This document shows, one piece after another, positions 54,717-64,000 of a stretch of 64,000 nt of DNA. The stretch lies in the NCBI GenBank assembly GCA_934230325.1, contig CAKQEP010000002.1, forward strand, positions 76,682 through 140,681, read 5' to 3'. This DNA is from an uncultured Clostridia bacterium. GTDB lineage: Bacteria; Bacillota; Clostridia; Christensenellales; CAG-314. Under the pieces are notes generated by a model. That model ran no database searches. It was not told the DNA's origin and worked only from the letters and a program-made list of their open reading frames with translations. Every line of letters starts with the position of its first letter. Within the stretch, counting starts at the first letter, position 1. The position numbers and the translations under genes are program-made.

Positions 54717-55319
54717 TTATGGCAGCAAGGCGGTTTTGATTAGGCAATCGGTTTTGTCGTATAAATCGGTCAATGCGCCGTCGTTGGTCAAAACGACGGT
54801 TTTCTTATCTTTTTCCGCTTTTTCAAGCGCGGATTTTTGGCGGGCTATAAGGTTTTTTATTTCCTCTTTATCTCGTCCGTCACGCGTCGCAACTCTGTTT
54901 TGAGCGGTATCGTCGGCGCATTTGACAAGCCATACGACGTCAAATACGTCTATGATTTCTTTTTGCGGAACTTGCAACTCCACAAACACCGTTTTGCCTT
55001 TTGTTTGCCGTATTTGCTCCAAAAGCATTTCCAAAATTACGGGATGAAAAATTGCGTTGAGTTTTTGAGTTTTTTGTTGGTCGGCAAAAACCTCCCGAGC
55101 GAGAGCGCGGCGCAAAAGTTTGCCGTCTTTGACAAACTTGCTACCAAACGTATCGGATATTTTTGTCAATACGTCTTTATTTTCCGCCGCTTTGCGGGAC
55201 AGGTCGTCGCAATCTACGACGGGATAACCTTTGTCCGCAAGATACTTGCAAACGGAAGATTTGCCGCTACCTACGCCCCCCGTCACCGCTATTATTTTTT
55301 TATCGCTATTTTGTTTCAT
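54717..55319 (-). CDS. coaE: dephospho-CoA kinase
   Basis: IIAVTGGVGSGKSSVCKYL is the P-loop. 200 aa, with a 14-nt overlap with polA. Confidence 0.9.
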   Translation of the reverse strand: MKQNSDKKIIAVTGGVGSGKSSVCKYLADKGYPVVDCDDLSRKAAENKDVLTKISDTFGSKFVKDGKLLRRALAREVFADQQKTQKLNAIFHPVILEMLLEQIRQTKGKTVFVELQVPQKEIIDVFDVVWLVKCADDTAQNRVATRDGRDKEEIKNLIARQKSALEKAEKDKKTVVLTNDGALTDLYDKTDCLIKTALLP

Positions 55320-57837
55320 ACAGATTTGCTCCGCACTCGATATTTACGTCAAACGGAACTTCCGTCACGATGGCGTTTTCCATCTCTTCTTTCAACACTT
55401 TTTTGACTTCTTCCGCCTCGTCGTTAAAGGCGTCGACGATAAGTTCGTCGTGAATTTGCATTATTATTTTGCTTTTTAATCCTTCCTTGTTTAAGCGGTT
55501 GAAAACGTTTATCATTGCGATTTTCATTAAATCGGCGGCGCTGCCTTGCAAGGGCATATTCATTGCCGCGCGCTCGCCAAACGCCCTTAATGCGGCGTTA
55601 GAACTGTTTATCTCGGCAATGTAGCGGCGGCGTCCTAAAATGGTGGTTACGTACCCGTCGGCTTTTACCTTTGTTTTGCTGCTTTCCAAATATTCGCCTA
55701 TGCTCGGGTATCTTTGAAAGTATTTAGCAATGTACTCGCGGGCTTTTGCGACGGAACAACCGACGTTTTTGCTCAAACCGTACTCGCTTATGCCGTAAAT
55801 TATGCCAAAGTTGACGGCTTTTGCGGTGCGGCGCATGCTTGCCGTCACCATCTCTTGCGGAATACCGAAAATTTCCGCCGCAACGGTACGGTGTATATCT
55901 TCGTGATTTTTAAAGGACTCGATAAGGTTTTTGTCCTTGCTAAAATACGCCAAAAGTCGCAATTCTATCTGGCTGTAATCGGCGGAAATCAACAGGTCGC
56001 GTTTAGGTACAAAGGCTTTGCGAATTTCCTTGCCCAACTCGTCGCGCACGGGAATGTTTTGCATATTTGGATCGCTACTGCTCAATCTGCCCGTCGCCGT
56101 CTGCGTTTGGTTGAAGTGCGTATGAATTATTCCGTTTTTGATAAAGGGTTTTACGCCTTCTACGTACGTGCCGTTGAGTTTTGAGTATTGCCTTATCTTT
56201 AATATAAGGCTGGCAATCGGGTGGCGGTCCGATATTTTTTCCAACGCGTCGTTGTCGGTGGAGTACCCCAACTTTGTCTTTTTGCCTTTTGGCAAACCTA
56301 ATTTTTCGTACAGAACGACGCTCAACTGCTTTGGACTCAAAACGTTGAAAGTTTCGCCCGCCATCTCGTATACCGCCGCTTTGAGTTTTTCCGTTTCCGC
56401 CACAAACTCTGCGCTCAATGCGTCGAGAACGCTCTCGTCCGTCTTTACGCCCTCTTTTTCCGTCTGAAAAAGAACTTCCGACAGCGGCAACTCTACGTCG
56501 TAATACAGTTTTTGTACGTTGGCTTCCTTTATTTTGTCAAGGTAAAAGTCGCGCATAACAAACAATCCCGACGCAAACGTCGTTTGTCCGTGTACCTGCT
56601 TTAACTCTTGCAGCGTTTTGTAACTGCGGTGTTCCGCTAAATATTGCAACAAGTCTACGTCGTGTTTTATCGCGTTGACGCGCAAGCCGAAGTCGTCAAG
56701 ATAACGGTTGAGCGATTTGCCGTTGTATACGGTTTTGGGAATGTCGCTCTCAAAAAGCGGCTTTAACGTATTTAAAGCCGAGTCAAAACGTAACCCCGAC
56801 AGAAAATTGTCGCTGAATACGACTTTGTACTCGGTTTTTTCGTCCGTCGCAAGATAAACGCCTTCGTCCACGTACAAGGCAAGTTGCGATTTGGTCATCG
56901 CTTGTTTAACAAAATTTTCCAACTCGTCGCGAGAAGTTATTTCTACGACGGTTGTATCAAGTTTAGGCAAAACCTGCTCTTTTGCGGCGGAAAAATCAAG
57001 GCGTTTGATTATGCTTCTAAACTCTAATTCCACCATACGTTTGTGAGCGGCGTCGCCAAAAACGGGCAATCCGCACTCGTTTGCGTCGCACTCTACCGCC
57101 GCGTCGGTGTCTATCGTGGCAAGGCGGCGGGATAAATACGCCATATCTTTGCCCGCTATAAGTTTTTGTTGCAAACTTCCTTTGATTTTGTCTATTGCGG
57201 CGTACACGCCGTCAACGTCGCCGTACTGCGCCAAAAGGTTGAGCGCGCCTTTTTCTCCTATGCCGACTACTCCCGGTATATTGTCCGAAGCGTCCCCGCG
57301 AATCGCTTTGTACTCCACTATTTGTTGCGGAGTCAAGCCGATTTCCTCGTCGATATTGTCTATGGTCACGGTTTGAACTTCGCTGACGCCTTTTTTGGTG
57401 AGAAGAACCGTCGTGTCGTCGCTGACTAATTGCAACAAGTCCCTGTCCCCCGTCACTACGACGTTTTTGCCGCCAAACCGTTTGCATAGCGTTCCGATAA
57501 TATCGTCCGCTTCCACACCCGCTTTTTGTACGTATCTAATTTGCATATCGCTCAAAAGACCTTGCAAAACGGGCATTTGTTGCGCTAAATCGTCCGGCAT
57601 ACCCTTTCGGTTGGCTTTGTACTCGGGATATAATTCCTTGCGGAAGTTTTTGCCCCGCATATCAAACGCCACCACGACTTTGGTCGGGGATTGCTCGTCT
57701 ATCGCTTTGAGCATAATATTTAAAAATCCGTATACGGCGTTTACGTTTTGCCCTTCGCTGCTGTTGAGTACGGGCAAAGCGTAGTACGCTCTGTTTAAAA
57801 GGCTGTTTCCGTCGATAAACAAATATTTGTCTTGCAT
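55306..57837 (-). CDS. polA: DNA polymerase I
   Basis: MQDKYLFIDGNSLLNRAYYALP is the 5'-3' exonuclease N-terminus. Polymerase motifs are ADYSQIELRLLA and QIHDELIVD. The track's N-terminal extension to 58131 overlaps the spo0A terminator and a promoter, so I rejected it. Confidence 0.96.
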   Translation of the reverse strand: MQDKYLFIDGNSLLNRAYYALPVLNSSEGQNVNAVYGFLNIMLKAIDEQSPTKVVVAFDMRGKNFRKELYPEYKANRKGMPDDLAQQMPVLQGLLSDMQIRYVQKAGVEADDIIGTLCKRFGGKNVVVTGDRDLLQLVSDDTTVLLTKKGVSEVQTVTIDNIDEEIGLTPQQIVEYKAIRGDASDNIPGVVGIGEKGALNLLAQYGDVDGVYAAIDKIKGSLQQKLIAGKDMAYLSRRLATIDTDAAVECDANECGLPVFGDAAHKRMVELEFRSIIKRLDFSAAKEQVLPKLDTTVVEITSRDELENFVKQAMTKSQLALYVDEGVYLATDEKTEYKVVFSDNFLSGLRFDSALNTLKPLFESDIPKTVYNGKSLNRYLDDFGLRVNAIKHDVDLLQYLAEHRSYKTLQELKQVHGQTTFASGLFVMRDFYLDKIKEANVQKLYYDVELPLSEVLFQTEKEGVKTDESVLDALSAEFVAETEKLKAAVYEMAGETFNVLSPKQLSVVLYEKLGLPKGKKTKLGYSTDNDALEKISDRHPIASLILKIRQYSKLNGTYVEGVKPFIKNGIIHTHFNQTQTATGRLSSSDPNMQNIPVRDELGKEIRKAFVPKRDLLISADYSQIELRLLAYFSKDKNLIESFKNHEDIHRTVAAEIFGIPQEMVTASMRRTAKAVNFGIIYGISEYGLSKNVGCSVAKAREYIAKYFQRYPSIGEYLESSKTKVKADGYVTTILGRRRYIAEINSSNAALRAFGERAAMNMPLQGSAADLMKIAMINVFNRLNKEGLKSKIIMQIHDELIVDAFNDEAEEVKKVLKEEMENAIVTEVPFDVNIECGANLYETK

Positions 57838-57942
57838 GTTTTTTTCTCGCTCGATAATTTTTTTAGTTTTGCGTATTTTAATACCGTTTTGTTTATTATA
57901 CCATATTATTAGAAGTTTGACACTCAATCCAAAGCAAAACAT

Positions 57943-57976
57943 AAAAAAAACGGGTAATACTCTGCCGTATCGCCCG
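57943..57976 (-). terminator. terminator after spo0A
   Basis: CGGGTAATAC-N6-GTATCGCCCG (2 internal mismatches) with an A8 run on the plus strand, which is a U-tract on the reverse strand. Confidence 0.55.
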
Positions 57977-57998
57977 ATTTTTTGTTTGCGCCGTAGTT

Positions 57999-58766
57999 CT
58001 ATCCCGCGCCTTCCAACAACATTTTGTCCGCAAGCAACGCAATAAACTCGCCGTTGGTGGGTTTCTCGTTTGCGGAATAAATTTTTACGCCAAACAAACT
58101 GTTTATGTTTTCTATCTTGCCCCTGTTCCACGCAACTTCTATCGCGTGCCTTATCGCCCGCTCAACCTTGCTGGGCGTAGTGTCGTACTTTTTTGCGATT
58201 TCCGGATACAATCCGCGCGTAATGCTGTTGATAAGCGACGGCTCGTCAACGACGCACTTTACGCCGTCACGCAAAAATTGATAACCCTTTATGTGCGGCG
58301 GTATCCCGATGCTGACAAATATCGTCGCAAGTCGCTCGTCTATACTGCGTACAAAATCGCGTACCGTCACCGACTTTTGCTTTTCCGTCGTCGCAAAACC
58401 GTTGCGAATATCCGCTATCTTATCGTCCAACTGCTTTAAATTGAGCGGTTTTAACAAATATCCGCTTGCACCGTCGGACATACACTTAAACAAAAACACT
58501 TCGCTCTTTAAATCCGACACTATGATAAATTTTGGGTTGTACTGTTTTCCCGCAAAATGCCGCATAAGGTCCAAACCGTTTACGTTTTGCATAAGAACGT
58601 GCGTGATTACGATTTGCGCGCCCGTTTCTTCCAAGCGGCGTATTGCGTCATAACCGTCATCCGTGTTGAGAACGATTTTTACGTCGGAACGTTGTCCAAA
58701 ATACGAATCTATACTCTCGCGCATTTCTTTATCGTCGCTGATAACGGCTATTTTTGTTAACTTCAT
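57999..58766 (-). CDS. spo0A: Spo0A-family response regulator, atypical (His at the phospho-acceptor position)
   Basis: The C-terminal Spo0A_C signature is GIPPHIKGYQFLRDGV...ITRGLYPEIAKKYDTTPSKVERAIRHAIEVAWNRG. The receiver domain keeps DD, S and K, but IVITHVLM replaces the consensus LVLLDIIM. Confidence 0.88.
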   Translation of the reverse strand: MKLTKIAVISDDKEMRESIDSYFGQRSDVKIVLNTDDGYDAIRRLEETGAQIVITHVLMQNVNGLDLMRHFAGKQYNPKFIIVSDLKSEVFLFKCMSDGASGYLLKPLNLKQLDDKIADIRNGFATTEKQKSVTVRDFVRSIDERLATIFVSIGIPPHIKGYQFLRDGVKCVVDEPSLINSITRGLYPEIAKKYDTTPSKVERAIRHAIEVAWNRGKIENINSLFGVKIYSANEKPTNGEFIALLADKMLLEGAG

Positions 58767-59062
58767 TGATGCTTTACCTCCGATGTAACACTATAATAGC
58801 ATATACTTTTGTAAAAAACAAGCATTTTTGTACTAAATATCGAAATTATTTTGTACAAAATAATCACTTTTGTGGTATTATTGTCGAAATCTGTTAAAAT
58901 TAAAATGCATTTTGCAAAAATGGTATTAAAAAATTGTAAATAAAAAGCACATAAATGCGCTTAAATTTGTATTTTAGTAAAAATATCGCTTTTTTAATAT
59001 AAAAATCCTTTTTTTAGCGATTTTTGAAAATTTGAAAACCGAAACGCAGGTCGCAAGCAAGT

Positions 59063-59239
59063 TTAATCTTCGTAAATGGCAGCCATCGGACAAGAAGCCA
59101 TCGCTTCTTGCGCTTGAGGACTGTTTTTGTCCGCGCCCTTTTTTACGGCGGATTTTTCCCCCTCCGTCAGGCAAAAGCAATCGGGAGCAATCCTTACGCA
59201 CAAACCGCAACCTATACACAAACTCTCGTCCACTTTCAT
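59063..59239 (-). CDS. small ferredoxin (single-cluster type)
   Basis: MKVDESLCIGCGLCVRIAPDCF...ASCPMAAI has a CxxCxxC...CP pattern. SD AGGAGA precedes ATG 59239. Confidence 0.8.
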   Translation of the reverse strand: MKVDESLCIGCGLCVRIAPDCFCLTEGEKSAVKKGADKNSPQAQEAMASCPMAAIYED

Positions 59240-59471
59240 TGTCGTTTCTCCTAAATTTAAGTCCGCAAACAATCGGTTTTGTTTTTTAGATTTGCAAATA
59301 CGTCTTTCAACCGTTTTTGACAGATAAATATTATAGCACAACATCGGTTTGAACGCAACTTTTTTAACGCACAACTTGTTTAAAAATCGCCGCTATAATA
59401 ACTTGATTATTGTACAATCGTTATGTTATAATGTATTTGTTAAAGTTCGGATTTTTTACGGAGAGAAAAAA

Positions 59472-61091
59472 ATGACAACATCTGAAATTATTTTGTTTAT
59501 CGTGCAGATTTTGGCGGGAACGGGTGTGTTTCTCGTGGGAGTAAGGTTGCTGACGGTAAATATAGAACAACTCGCTACGGCAAAAATAAAAAGTTTGTTT
59601 AACAAAACGGCAAACAAAAAACTGGTAAACGTCGGTATAGGTACGGTGACTACCGCTATTATACAGAGTTCCGGCGTCACTACCGTGCTTATCGTCGGTT
59701 TTGTCAACGTCGGCATTATGAACCTGACTCAGGCAACCGCTATGATTATGGGCGCAAATATCGGTACGACCATTACGGCGCAAATCGCCGCCTTGAGCGC
59801 ATTTGATTTTGCTAAATATATCACCTTGCTCGCCTTTATCGGCATTATGATGGCTATGCTGTGCAGCAACGAAAAAGTCAAAAAAAGCGGCCTTATCATT
59901 GCGGGTTTAGGACTCGTTTTTATCGGGTTGTCCCTTATGTCCTCCTCTATGAGCCAGCATAAGGACAGTATTCAAGGCATCTTTGAAACGGTCAAAAATC
60001 CGTTTTTGCTCGCTTTTGCGGGTATTATTCTCACCGCTTTGGTGCAATCGAGTTCTGCCACTACGTCGGTCATTATCGCAATGTCGGCGGCAGGTCTGGT
60101 AATAGGCAGCGGCGGAAACGAAGTGTTGTATATCATTCTCGGCACAAATATAGGCTCTTGCGTCACCGCCATTATCTCCACTATCGGAGCAAACGCAAAC
60201 GCTAAACGCGCGGGATTGATTCACTTGATGTTCAACGTGTTTGGCTCGGTCATTTTCTTTATCGTGTTGACTTGCTGGCCAACCTTTATGCAAACCACTT
60301 TCACTGTTTGGTTTCCCACCCCCGCAACGCAGGTTGCAATGTTCCACACGTTTTTTAACCTCATCTGCACTATTATCTTTTTGCCCTTTACAAGCGTCTT
60401 TGTCAAAGTGTCCGAGTGGCTCATTAAAGATAAGCCGACAAAAAAAGCGGAAACGTTTTTGGACGACAGAATACTTACTTCTCCGTCGCTCGCCCTGTCG
60501 CAAGTAGATAAGGAAATGATGATGCTCGCAGATACCGCTATGAACGCCTTTAAAACTTCCTACAAAGCGTTTTGCGACGCCGACGCTTCTCAAATAGAAA
60601 AGGTGCTAAACGGCATAGAAGAATCCTACACGATAAGCCAAAACATAACCAACTACTTAATAAAACTGTCCCCCAACTGCAATATAGATCAGGAAACCAT
60701 TGTTTCTTCTATGCATGACAATTTGGGCGACATTATGAGAATAGCGGAAATTGCCGACAACTTTATCAAGTATACCCGCAAGGAAATCGACAAAAATCTC
60801 GTGTTTTCCGCCGCCGTCAAACAAGATCTCGACGTAATGGTTAATACCATCGACGACCTGTTTGCCTGCACTAAAGCCACTATTTTAAACAGAGATCCGT
60901 CGCTGTTGCCGACTGTGGACGAATTAGAAAAACAAGTGGACTCGATGAAGAAAACGCTCGTCAACAACCACGTAGAACGCCTCAACAAAGGCACTTGCCA
61001 CGCAGAAAGCAGCAGCATATTTATCAATCTCGTATCCAACATAGAAAGGTTGGGCGACCACCTTACTTATATTGCCCATTCCGTCAAATAG
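59472..61091 (+). CDS. Na+/phosphate cotransporter-family protein with a C-terminal PhoU-like domain
   Basis: Duplicated Na_Pi_cotrans repeats (IQSSGVTTVLIVGF and VQSSSATTSVIIAM) and a C-terminal helical repeat with ...ERLGDHLTYIA. Confidence 0.9.
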   Translation: MTTSEIILFIVQILAGTGVFLVGVRLLTVNIEQLATAKIKSLFNKTANKKLVNVGIGTVTTAIIQSSGVTTVLIVGFVNVGIMNLTQATAMIMGANIGTTITAQIAALSAFDFAKYITLLAFIGIMMAMLCSNEKVKKSGLIIAGLGLVFIGLSLMSSSMSQHKDSIQGIFETVKNPFLLAFAGIILTALVQSSSATTSVIIAMSAAGLVIGSGGNEVLYIILGTNIGSCVTAIISTIGANANAKRAGLIHLMFNVFGSVIFFIVLTCWPTFMQTTFTVWFPTPATQVAMFHTFFNLICTIIFLPFTSVFVKVSEWLIKDKPTKKAETFLDDRILTSPSLALSQVDKEMMMLADTAMNAFKTSYKAFCDADASQIEKVLNGIEESYTISQNITNYLIKLSPNCNIDQETIVSSMHDNLGDIMRIAEIADNFIKYTRKEIDKNLVFSAAVKQDLDVMVNTIDDLFACTKATILNRDPSLLPTVDELEKQVDSMKKTLVNNHVERLNKGTCHAESSSIFINLVSNIERLGDHLTYIAHSVK

Positions 61092-61117
61092 TTTTAATAA
61101 TCTACGATATACAAAAA

Positions 61118-61148
61118 AACCGTTTTAATCGCTTAAAACGGTTTTTTC
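61118..61148. terminator. bidirectional terminator between convergent genes
   Basis: AACCGTTTTAA-TCGC-TTAAAACGGTT with an A-run 5' and a T-run 3'. Confidence 0.75.
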
Positions 61149-61209
61149 TTTGGGTTTTGTAAAATTGCTCATCGCTTTTGAGCGATAAAAGGCTTTGGGC
61201 GGTAAATCA

Positions 61210-63531
61210 TCAATCGTCTATGGATTCTTCCGGCTCGCCGAGTCTTTGCCAACCGCGATAAGATTGCGTTTTAAGCAGTTCTGCGGCGGTTTTTGCGTTT
61301 GCGAGTTCTTTTGACGGGATAGTCGCGATTTCGCTACTCAAAGAATACGTCCAACCGACAGGCTCTTTAAATACCGCTTCCGTCAACGCGTTGCAACCGT
61401 CAAAAGCGTTGAATCCTATGGTAGAAACCGTTTCCGCTATAACTATCTTTTCGAGTTTGTCGCAACCTTTAAAGGCATTCCAACCTATCTCTTCCACGCC
61501 GTTTTGTATCGTTACCGTTTTGAGATTAAAGCAGTTTGCAAACGCGCTTTCGCCTATGTTGGTCACGCCGGCAGAGATAACCACGCTCGTGATAAGACCG
61601 TCGCCCGCAAAGGCGTTTTTGTAAATTTCGTACTTTGCGCCGTTGTAATATGACGGCAAAACAAGGTCGGTACTCGCGCCGATATATCCGACAAGACAGA
61701 GTTTTGCGTTGCCCGATTCTCTCACGGAAGCAAACAGGTAGTCGCCTTCCTCCCTTATTTTGTTTTCATTTTCTGCAGTGAGAAGGAATTTTGCGTTTTG
61801 GCAAATATTGCCGTAATCCGTACTGCCTTCTACAAGCGGCAAAGCGCTCAAATTTATCACTTGGATAAGTTTGGAGCAACCGTAAAACGCTTGCTGGCGT
61901 ATTTCCGTCACCGACGCCCCCAACGTCACGGAGATAAGCGCGCGACAACCAAAAAATGCGTTTTGGTCGATTTCCGTCACAGAATCGCCTATTTTTAGTA
62001 TTGCGAGTTTTGAGCAGTTTGTAAAGGCGTTTTTGCCTATCTTTTTTGCGCCGCCCGACGGTATCGTCACTTTGGTAAGGGTTTTGCAACCGTAAAACGC
62101 AAAATCGTTGATTACGTACTCTTGATTTTTGTAATTTTCCGGCAAATTTAACGTTATCGGGGATTCCCCGTCATAACAAACGAGATAGTTGGCTTGTTCC
62201 GTCGGCAAAAACACAAAGTTGGATTGATAAACAAGTTTGCTTTGTTGGTTGTGAATTGTAATGGAGAAAAATCCTATCCAACCGTTGTCGATATTTTTTT
62301 CTATCGTCAAATTGCTTTTGTTTATGACTTCTACTAATTTGTAACACTCTTTAAAAGCGGCGTCGCCTATCGTTTCCACCGATTGCGGAACGGAAACGCT
62401 TGTCAAGGAATAGCAGCCGTAAAAAGCAGATTCCCCTATTTCGCGCAAATTTTCCGACAAGGTCAAGTTGTAAAGAGAAACGCAACCGTAAAAAGCCTCG
62501 TCCCCTATTTTGGAAGAAGATTTAATATCGGCGGTTCTTAAATTTACGCAGTTTTTAAAAGCCCCTTGACCTATTTCGAGCGCGCTGTCGGCAGGAATTT
62601 TTACCGACGTGAGCGTTTCGTCTTGATAAAAAGCGTACTTGTTGACGTAATACGGCTCGTTTGAAACGGGCAACGTGAGTTTTGTAGCGTTGTCGTCGCC
62701 GTCATAACCTACGAGATAGTTTGCGTCGTCAAGGCGCACAAATAGGTAGTTTTCTGCAGATTTTCTCAATTTGCTGTTTTGTTGGTTGTGAACGGTTATT
62801 GCATAAAAAGCGACGTCGCCGTTGTCTTCTGCGCCCGCAGATATGTTGAGAGCGCTTCTGTTTATCACTTCTACAAGTTTAAAACAGTCGTTAAACGCGC
62901 CGGAATCGATTTCTTTAACGCTTTGAGGAATGGTGACGGTCATCAGTTTGTCGCAACCGGAAAAAGCGTAAGAATAAATGTTTTCCAAACCGTTCCCAAA
63001 GTCGATGTTCGTCAGAGAAGAACAGCCTTCAAACGCGCTTTGACCGATGCTTTTTACGCTGTCGCCTATTTTTAACGTTTGGATTTTTTTGTTGTTTTTA
63101 AAGGCGGCGTCGTCTATGTGCGTGATTTCTATTTCTCCGTCTTCCGTCGAAATTGCGCTCGGAATAACAACTTCGCTATAGTTTGCGTTTGCGCCCGCCG
63201 CAAAACCCGTGACCATCGTGCCTTCGTACGCAAGGTAGTATTGCCACTTTGCGGTAAGACGAAGTTTGTTTGCGTATACGGGAGTCAATTCCTCCACTTT
63301 GTTTCCTTCGTCGTCAAACCACCCCAAAAAGTCAAAGTACTCTTTGGTCGGCTCGAGAAGTTTAAAGTTGCCGCTTTTTTTGTCGTATTCGGTCGGGTTT
63401 CCTTTGGCGTTTACGCCGCCGTCAAGGTCGTATTCGATTTTTACTTTGCCGCTTCCGCAAGCGACAAAAACCGCCGAAAGCAAAACAAAAACGACAAGTA
63501 TCAACGATAATAATTTAATCTTTGCGGACAT
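61210..63531 (-). CDS. surface lipoprotein with a Listeria-Bacteroides (Flg_new) repeat and BspA-type leucine-rich repeats
   Basis: Signal peptide plus lipobox LLSAVFVAC|GS. YDLDGGVNAKGNPTEYDK...FDFLGWFD is the Flg_new repeat. Many IGxxAFxxCxxLxxVxIP units are LRR_5 repeats. Confidence 0.85.
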   Translation of the reverse strand: MSAKIKLLSLILVVFVLLSAVFVACGSGKVKIEYDLDGGVNAKGNPTEYDKKSGNFKLLEPTKEYFDFLGWFDDEGNKVEELTPVYANKLRLTAKWQYYLAYEGTMVTGFAAGANANYSEVVIPSAISTEDGEIEITHIDDAAFKNNKKIQTLKIGDSVKSIGQSAFEGCSSLTNIDFGNGLENIYSYAFSGCDKLMTVTIPQSVKEIDSGAFNDCFKLVEVINRSALNISAGAEDNGDVAFYAITVHNQQNSKLRKSAENYLFVRLDDANYLVGYDGDDNATKLTLPVSNEPYYVNKYAFYQDETLTSVKIPADSALEIGQGAFKNCVNLRTADIKSSSKIGDEAFYGCVSLYNLTLSENLREIGESAFYGCYSLTSVSVPQSVETIGDAAFKECYKLVEVINKSNLTIEKNIDNGWIGFFSITIHNQQSKLVYQSNFVFLPTEQANYLVCYDGESPITLNLPENYKNQEYVINDFAFYGCKTLTKVTIPSGGAKKIGKNAFTNCSKLAILKIGDSVTEIDQNAFFGCRALISVTLGASVTEIRQQAFYGCSKLIQVINLSALPLVEGSTDYGNICQNAKFLLTAENENKIREEGDYLFASVRESGNAKLCLVGYIGASTDLVLPSYYNGAKYEIYKNAFAGDGLITSVVISAGVTNIGESAFANCFNLKTVTIQNGVEEIGWNAFKGCDKLEKIVIAETVSTIGFNAFDGCNALTEAVFKEPVGWTYSLSSEIATIPSKELANAKTAAELLKTQSYRGWQRLGEPEESIDD

Positions 63532-63765
63532 TGTGTTTTTTCCTCCGTGTTAATCGATAAAATCAAAAAAATATCAAAACGACAACGGGCTGTGACTATT
63601 GCGTTTTGTTGCGTAATACTTTACGCATTATAGTTATTTTAACATAGCAAAAACTTTCTGTCAATATACGGCGGATACGTAAATATTTTTTCACAATTCG
63701 TCAAAAAAATAAAGCCGCAAAAAAAAGGCGGACAGGCAAGACAAAAAGCAAAAAAGCAACAAAAA

Positions 63766-64000
63766 TCAAGCAAGTTCAAAACTGTTTATCAGCAACTGAA
63801 ACTCGTACCCGAGATATGCGGACGCAACGCGGCACATCTTCATTCTGCCGAGAAAAATTTCAAAATAGTCCATAGGCGAGCAAATGCTCTTGTCGATTTC
63901 AAACACAAACTTTATTTTTTTGTTTTTTACGTCCACTTTAAGGTCGCTTTTGACTACGGCGTAATTTACTCTGTCGTGTATGTCCTCTTTGTCTACAAGC
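63766..64000 (-). CDS. hypothetical protein, C-terminal 77 codons only (5' end lies outside the window)
   Basis: My reverse translation is open from the window edge: ...LVDKEDIHDRVNYAVVKSDLKVDVKNKKIKFVFEIDKS...GYEFQLLINSFELA, with a TGA stop at 63768-63766. No motif recognised. Confidence 0.4.
   Translation of the reverse strand, partial: LVDKEDIHDRVNYAVVKSDLKVDVKNKKIKFVFEIDKSICSPMDYFEIFLGRMKMCRVASAYLGYEFQLLINSFELA

Noticed and set aside
57838-58131. N-terminal extension of polA (track ORF 55306-58131), and similar extensions of the OFOR alpha (52430-52603), GNAT (47615-47797), Na/Pi transporter (59349-59471) and ferredoxin (59240-59374) ORFs
   Set aside because: The extensions run through terminators, promoters or neighbouring genes and have junk-like composition. 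The conserved N-termini begin at internal ATGs with proper SDs or promoter spacing.
58882-58888. A perfect 0A box (TGTCGAA) about 120 bp upstream of spo0A, as evidence of autoregulation
   Set aside because: A motif with six fixed positions is expected by chance dozens of times in 64 kb counting both strands (another copy occurs inside dnaE near 30901). One occurrence is not evidence, so it is noted only as context for the Spo0A finding.
1-64000. Mobile elements, prophage, integrative island boundaries, and tRNA or rRNA genes
   Set aside because: I found no transposase, integrase or recombinase-like ORF. Apart from the small intergenic repeats reported above, no terminal inverted repeats flank the 17.6-20.2 kb islet. 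No tRNA-like cloverleaf signatures appeared in the intergenic regions I read, though tRNAscan or Infernal would be the definitive check.

Overview
This window reads as chromosomal DNA from a Spo0A- and WhiA-encoding member of the Bacillota, probably class Clostridia; GC looks mid-40s % by eye. About 55 genes are tightly packed and mostly housekeeping: lysS-greA, gdhA, mgtE, rlmD-dnaE-whiA-murB, uvrC, a glpK/anaerobic G3P dehydrogenase cluster, clpB, coaE-polA and spo0A. An ilvE / 2-oxoacid:ferredoxin oxidoreductase / CoA-transferase operon is also present. I saw no rRNA, tRNA, CRISPR array, transposase or integrase. Seven observations deserve a second look.

1. The fused PntAB-PntB transhydrogenase subunit carries an in-frame, about 97% identical tandem duplication of its whole NADP(H)-binding dIII domain. 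The differences between the copies are mostly synonymous.
2. The Spo0A orthologue has His where the phospho-acceptor Asp should be.
3. A small accessory islet (17.6-20.2 kb) holds a NERD/PD-(D/E)xK plus DUF2075 P-loop helicase-like gene, next to a GC-rich cassette of two unknown genes.
4. At least seven genes share a leaderless layout: a -10 hexamer, then 5-8 nt, then ATG.
5. A perfect 20-bp tandem repeat runs into the mgtE Shine-Dalgarno sequence.
6. The 985-bp gap between ilvE and coaE contains duplicated structured elements that each end in a terminator-like hairpin.
7. An RHH-domain gene sits directly upstream of clpB and is probably co-transcribed with it.

All product calls rest on motifs I recognised in the translations. 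No database search was run.
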